This document shows, piece after piece, positions 61,294 through 64,000 of a stretch of DNA of 64,000 nt. The DNA is from Psammoneis japonica. Taxonomy: Eukaryota. A program made the translations under genes and the position numbers. The first letter of the stretch is position 1; each line of letters begins with the position of its first letter. The notes beneath the pieces are model-generated. The model saw only the letters and a list, made by a program, of their open reading frames with translations. It was not told where the DNA came from and made no database searches. Location: assembly GCA_008632985.1 (NCBI GenBank), contig QPGO01000182.1, forward strand, positions 1 through 64,000. The letters are read 5' to 3'.

Positions 61294-64000
61294 ACGCTGT
61301 TGGTTGCGAAAGAGTCGTTGTCATGGTCGTCATACATGTCGGGCTTGGTGTGGTTCTTTTTTACCAAACTTCAGTCTTTTCGGTTTTAGGTGACTGTGCT
61401 TTCACTACTTTAGAATGATGTTTACTTGATATATCGTTTATGATCTTCTTTGTGCTGTGTGTGTAAAATGTGTTCTCTAATACAATGTATCATCAGCATG
61501 GTAGCAGGACTCGACTATCAGTAAGTGCGAGGTAGCGGTTTTGAACCGGCGAGAAAGTTGGTGCATGATGGACGCCATCGTCGGCACGACTGGTGATGCT
61601 GGGAGGACACCTGCCATTGTGCGTCTGAGTTCAACTCTGTCGCAACATTGTCCGGTGTGATGGCCTCTAGAGTAGAGTGGAAGGGTAAGACCAGCCAATC
61701 TCACGGCACCTGTTAAAGGAAATGGCAAGCAAAGAACGAACGGCGACTGTCATGTGAACGCGAACCTCATTTCACTGATCCTTTGTGCCTTTTCCAAATG
61801 ACAGGAGCAATTTCATCAAATCAACTGCAGTTCTGCAGTGCTTTACATTCATCGCGATCCCACAAGAGGACCGCCTCGCCAAGGGGAAAGCCACAAGTTT
61901 GCTGAGAAACATTTTTGGCCGACACAAATGATGGACAATCCAACGCCACATGTCGGCAATGTGTCTGGCAGTCAAAATGATGGAGCACAGCAATCAAACG
62001 TGGTCACATGCTTGCAACATGACTGGCACATCTGGCGAGCGGCTTCACAAGCCACAGTGGCACTGGCGGGAGACGTCGCAGTTTCCTGGGATCAAGGTTC
62101 CTTCTTCAAGGATGGGCTTCATGTCAAAGACACCGGTGAAGTGGACACAGCAGCACCTGCTGAATCCGCCAACACAGTCGGCGCCATTGCCAGCCTTGCA
62201 CCACAAAATCTTGATGGGACAAGGGAGATGGTCGTAACGATTCTGCATCTTTTCTTCAAAGCGCTTGCAGTCAAACTGCGAGAGGCTCTTGAAGATCTTG
62301 AACGTGAAAAAGCCAACCTCCTTGGCCTTGGGGACGTTGAGGTGACGTTCATTTGGCAAGGTGACTGGAGCAACCTGAGTGGAGTCAAAAGCAACCTGTG
62401 ATCTGTTTGTCCCTCCAATGCCACGAACCAAAAAGTCAAAAGCTTCGAGATCCAAGAGATGCTGCTTGGTGATTCCAATGCAAGCACCAAAGTCGAAGTC
62501 ACGGCTCATGACTTCGTCCACCGTGCGACCACCGAGCTCGGGCCACTTCTTGACTCCACACAAATGCTCGACGGCTTCATCGAGAGCTTTGTCAGACATG
62601 CGCCGACCGCTGGCAGCAATCTGGATGTTCATCTCGTCAATCTTGCGGCAAGTGCTCTTGCGACGGCGAGATTCGCGGCAACTCATGTTGGTCTTTTTCA
62701 CGAAACTCACCATTGTCACTTAGACGCTGGCGCTTGTTGGACTCGTTCAAGTTGGCAATCCTTTCGCATCCATCCTGCAGCTGAGTCGACTTGGTGCAAT
62801 CAATGCTCTTGGTTCCAATGCTGCCGACGGTGCCATCGCAACGTTCGACAGCCGCCATGTCCACCTTGGCAGGAGCAAGTTGGGAGATGCGCGATGTCAT
62901 GGCTTGACAGAGAGCTTTGTCGTTCGGTGGGGTGACACCAAAATGCTTGTAGACGGTCTTGGCAGATTCAACAATTGCGGTGATTTCCGACTTGGGTTTG
63001 TTGCGACGTTGCGTGGTGGGGTCACGCCACTTGAGATCGAGCATGGCAACAACATTGAGAGCGTCAAGATGACTCATGAGTCCAATGCTTGCACGCAGGA
63101 TCTCCAGCCAAGCCAAGAATGGTGGGAGGGTGCGTCTTTCCATCAATTTCCTTGACTCCCTTGATTTCCTGTGGTGGGAAATTGAACAGCTTGGCACACT
63201 TGTTGACACCGGCTTGCGTCAGCTGACCGCAGACGGAGACAGCACGCAGTTTCGCTTTCTCTTCTTTGGTGTGCGGGCGCGGCTTGGTCATGGCAAGTTG
63301 CTGTGTTTTTTGCTTTTGCTGTTGCTGCGGCTGTTGTTTGTGCTGATGGAGTTGTGTTGTGTGTCGGTGTTGATTGTGGCGGCCGCGGCAAAATTCGCTG
63401 CGTTGTCTTTGCATGATGGAGAAGCGCCGTTCAATCCAGTGCGGCGCTCCACCTGCTTGTCACACTTGGACGCAGGCTGCGCATTCCCGTCGGCACAAAA
63501 TCCCCGCCAAAGGGATTTTTGAATCGACCAGCACTGAGGTGCTGTGCGATTGAATGCGCACTGGCCATCTTGTTGGTTGTGGCAGCAATTCTACGCGCGG
63601 GTTCCGCTGTTGCGTCTTTCCCGCCAAGAAGTTTTTTGGACCAACCGCGTGGTTGCTCGTGGTTCTGTCACGGAGTCATCAATTCATGGTTGTGTTTGCA
63701 TGGAAGAATTGACAAATCTCATCATTCGTTTTACGCTGTTGGTTGCGAAAGAGTCGTTGTCATGGTCGTCACACATGTCGGGCTTGGTGTGGTTCGTTTT
63801 TACCAAACTTCAGTCTTTTCGGTTTTAGGTGACTGTGCTTTCACCACTTTAGAATGATGTTTCTTTTGACTTTGTGCGCGCATGGCATCTCATTCTTTGT
63901 GCTGTGTGTGTAAAATGCACTCTCCAATGCAAGGTTTCATCAGTGTGGTGGCAGGACTCGACCATCAGTGAGTGCGAGGTGGCGGTTTTGAACTGGCGAT
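61294..64000. mobile_element. Repeat element with long direct repeats (from 61294 and from 63733 to window end) enclosing a degenerate minus-strand ORF
   Basis: ACGCTGTTGGTTGCGAAAGAGTCG... repeated at 2439-bp spacing; interior is TpA-depleted with broken ORFs 61772-63414 (-). Confidence 0.65.

Noticed and set aside
59340..61367. 675-aa antisense ORF over HSP70
   Set aside because: Long antisense frames opposite HSP70 are a known consequence of codon bias; no independent domain signal.

Overview
Eukaryotic genomic DNA, most likely a pennate diatom: short GT-AG introns, bipartite plastid-targeting presequences, single-domain EukCatA-like channels and CoDi-like Copia elements. About 17 host genes are present: LRR protein, M50B peptidase, ferredoxin-MBL protein, Mini-RNase III, aldo-keto reductase, two single-domain cation channel paralogues, class C GPCR-like receptor, Ste24, mitochondrial carrier, histidine phosphatase, p24/GOLD protein, a head-to-head HSP90/HSP70 pair and hypotheticals. 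They alternate with five sharply bounded repeat domains (~8.8-17.5, 23.5-24.8, 32.2-34.7, 36.4-54.4 and 61.7-64 kb). The main observation is that these repeat domains have almost no TpA dinucleotides. Transposon proteins show systematic Tyr->Cys/His replacement even at conserved motifs (YVDD->HVDD). Paired LTRs differ by reciprocal CA<->TG transitions, and a duplicated segment shows direct TA->CA/TG changes. This points to a repeat-targeted A-to-G (TpA->TpG/CpA) hypermutation process, analogous to fungal RIP but opposite in direction and separable from CpG decay. Several host genes carry 1-nt deletions suggesting imperfect assembly polishing, so short-read confirmation is needed.
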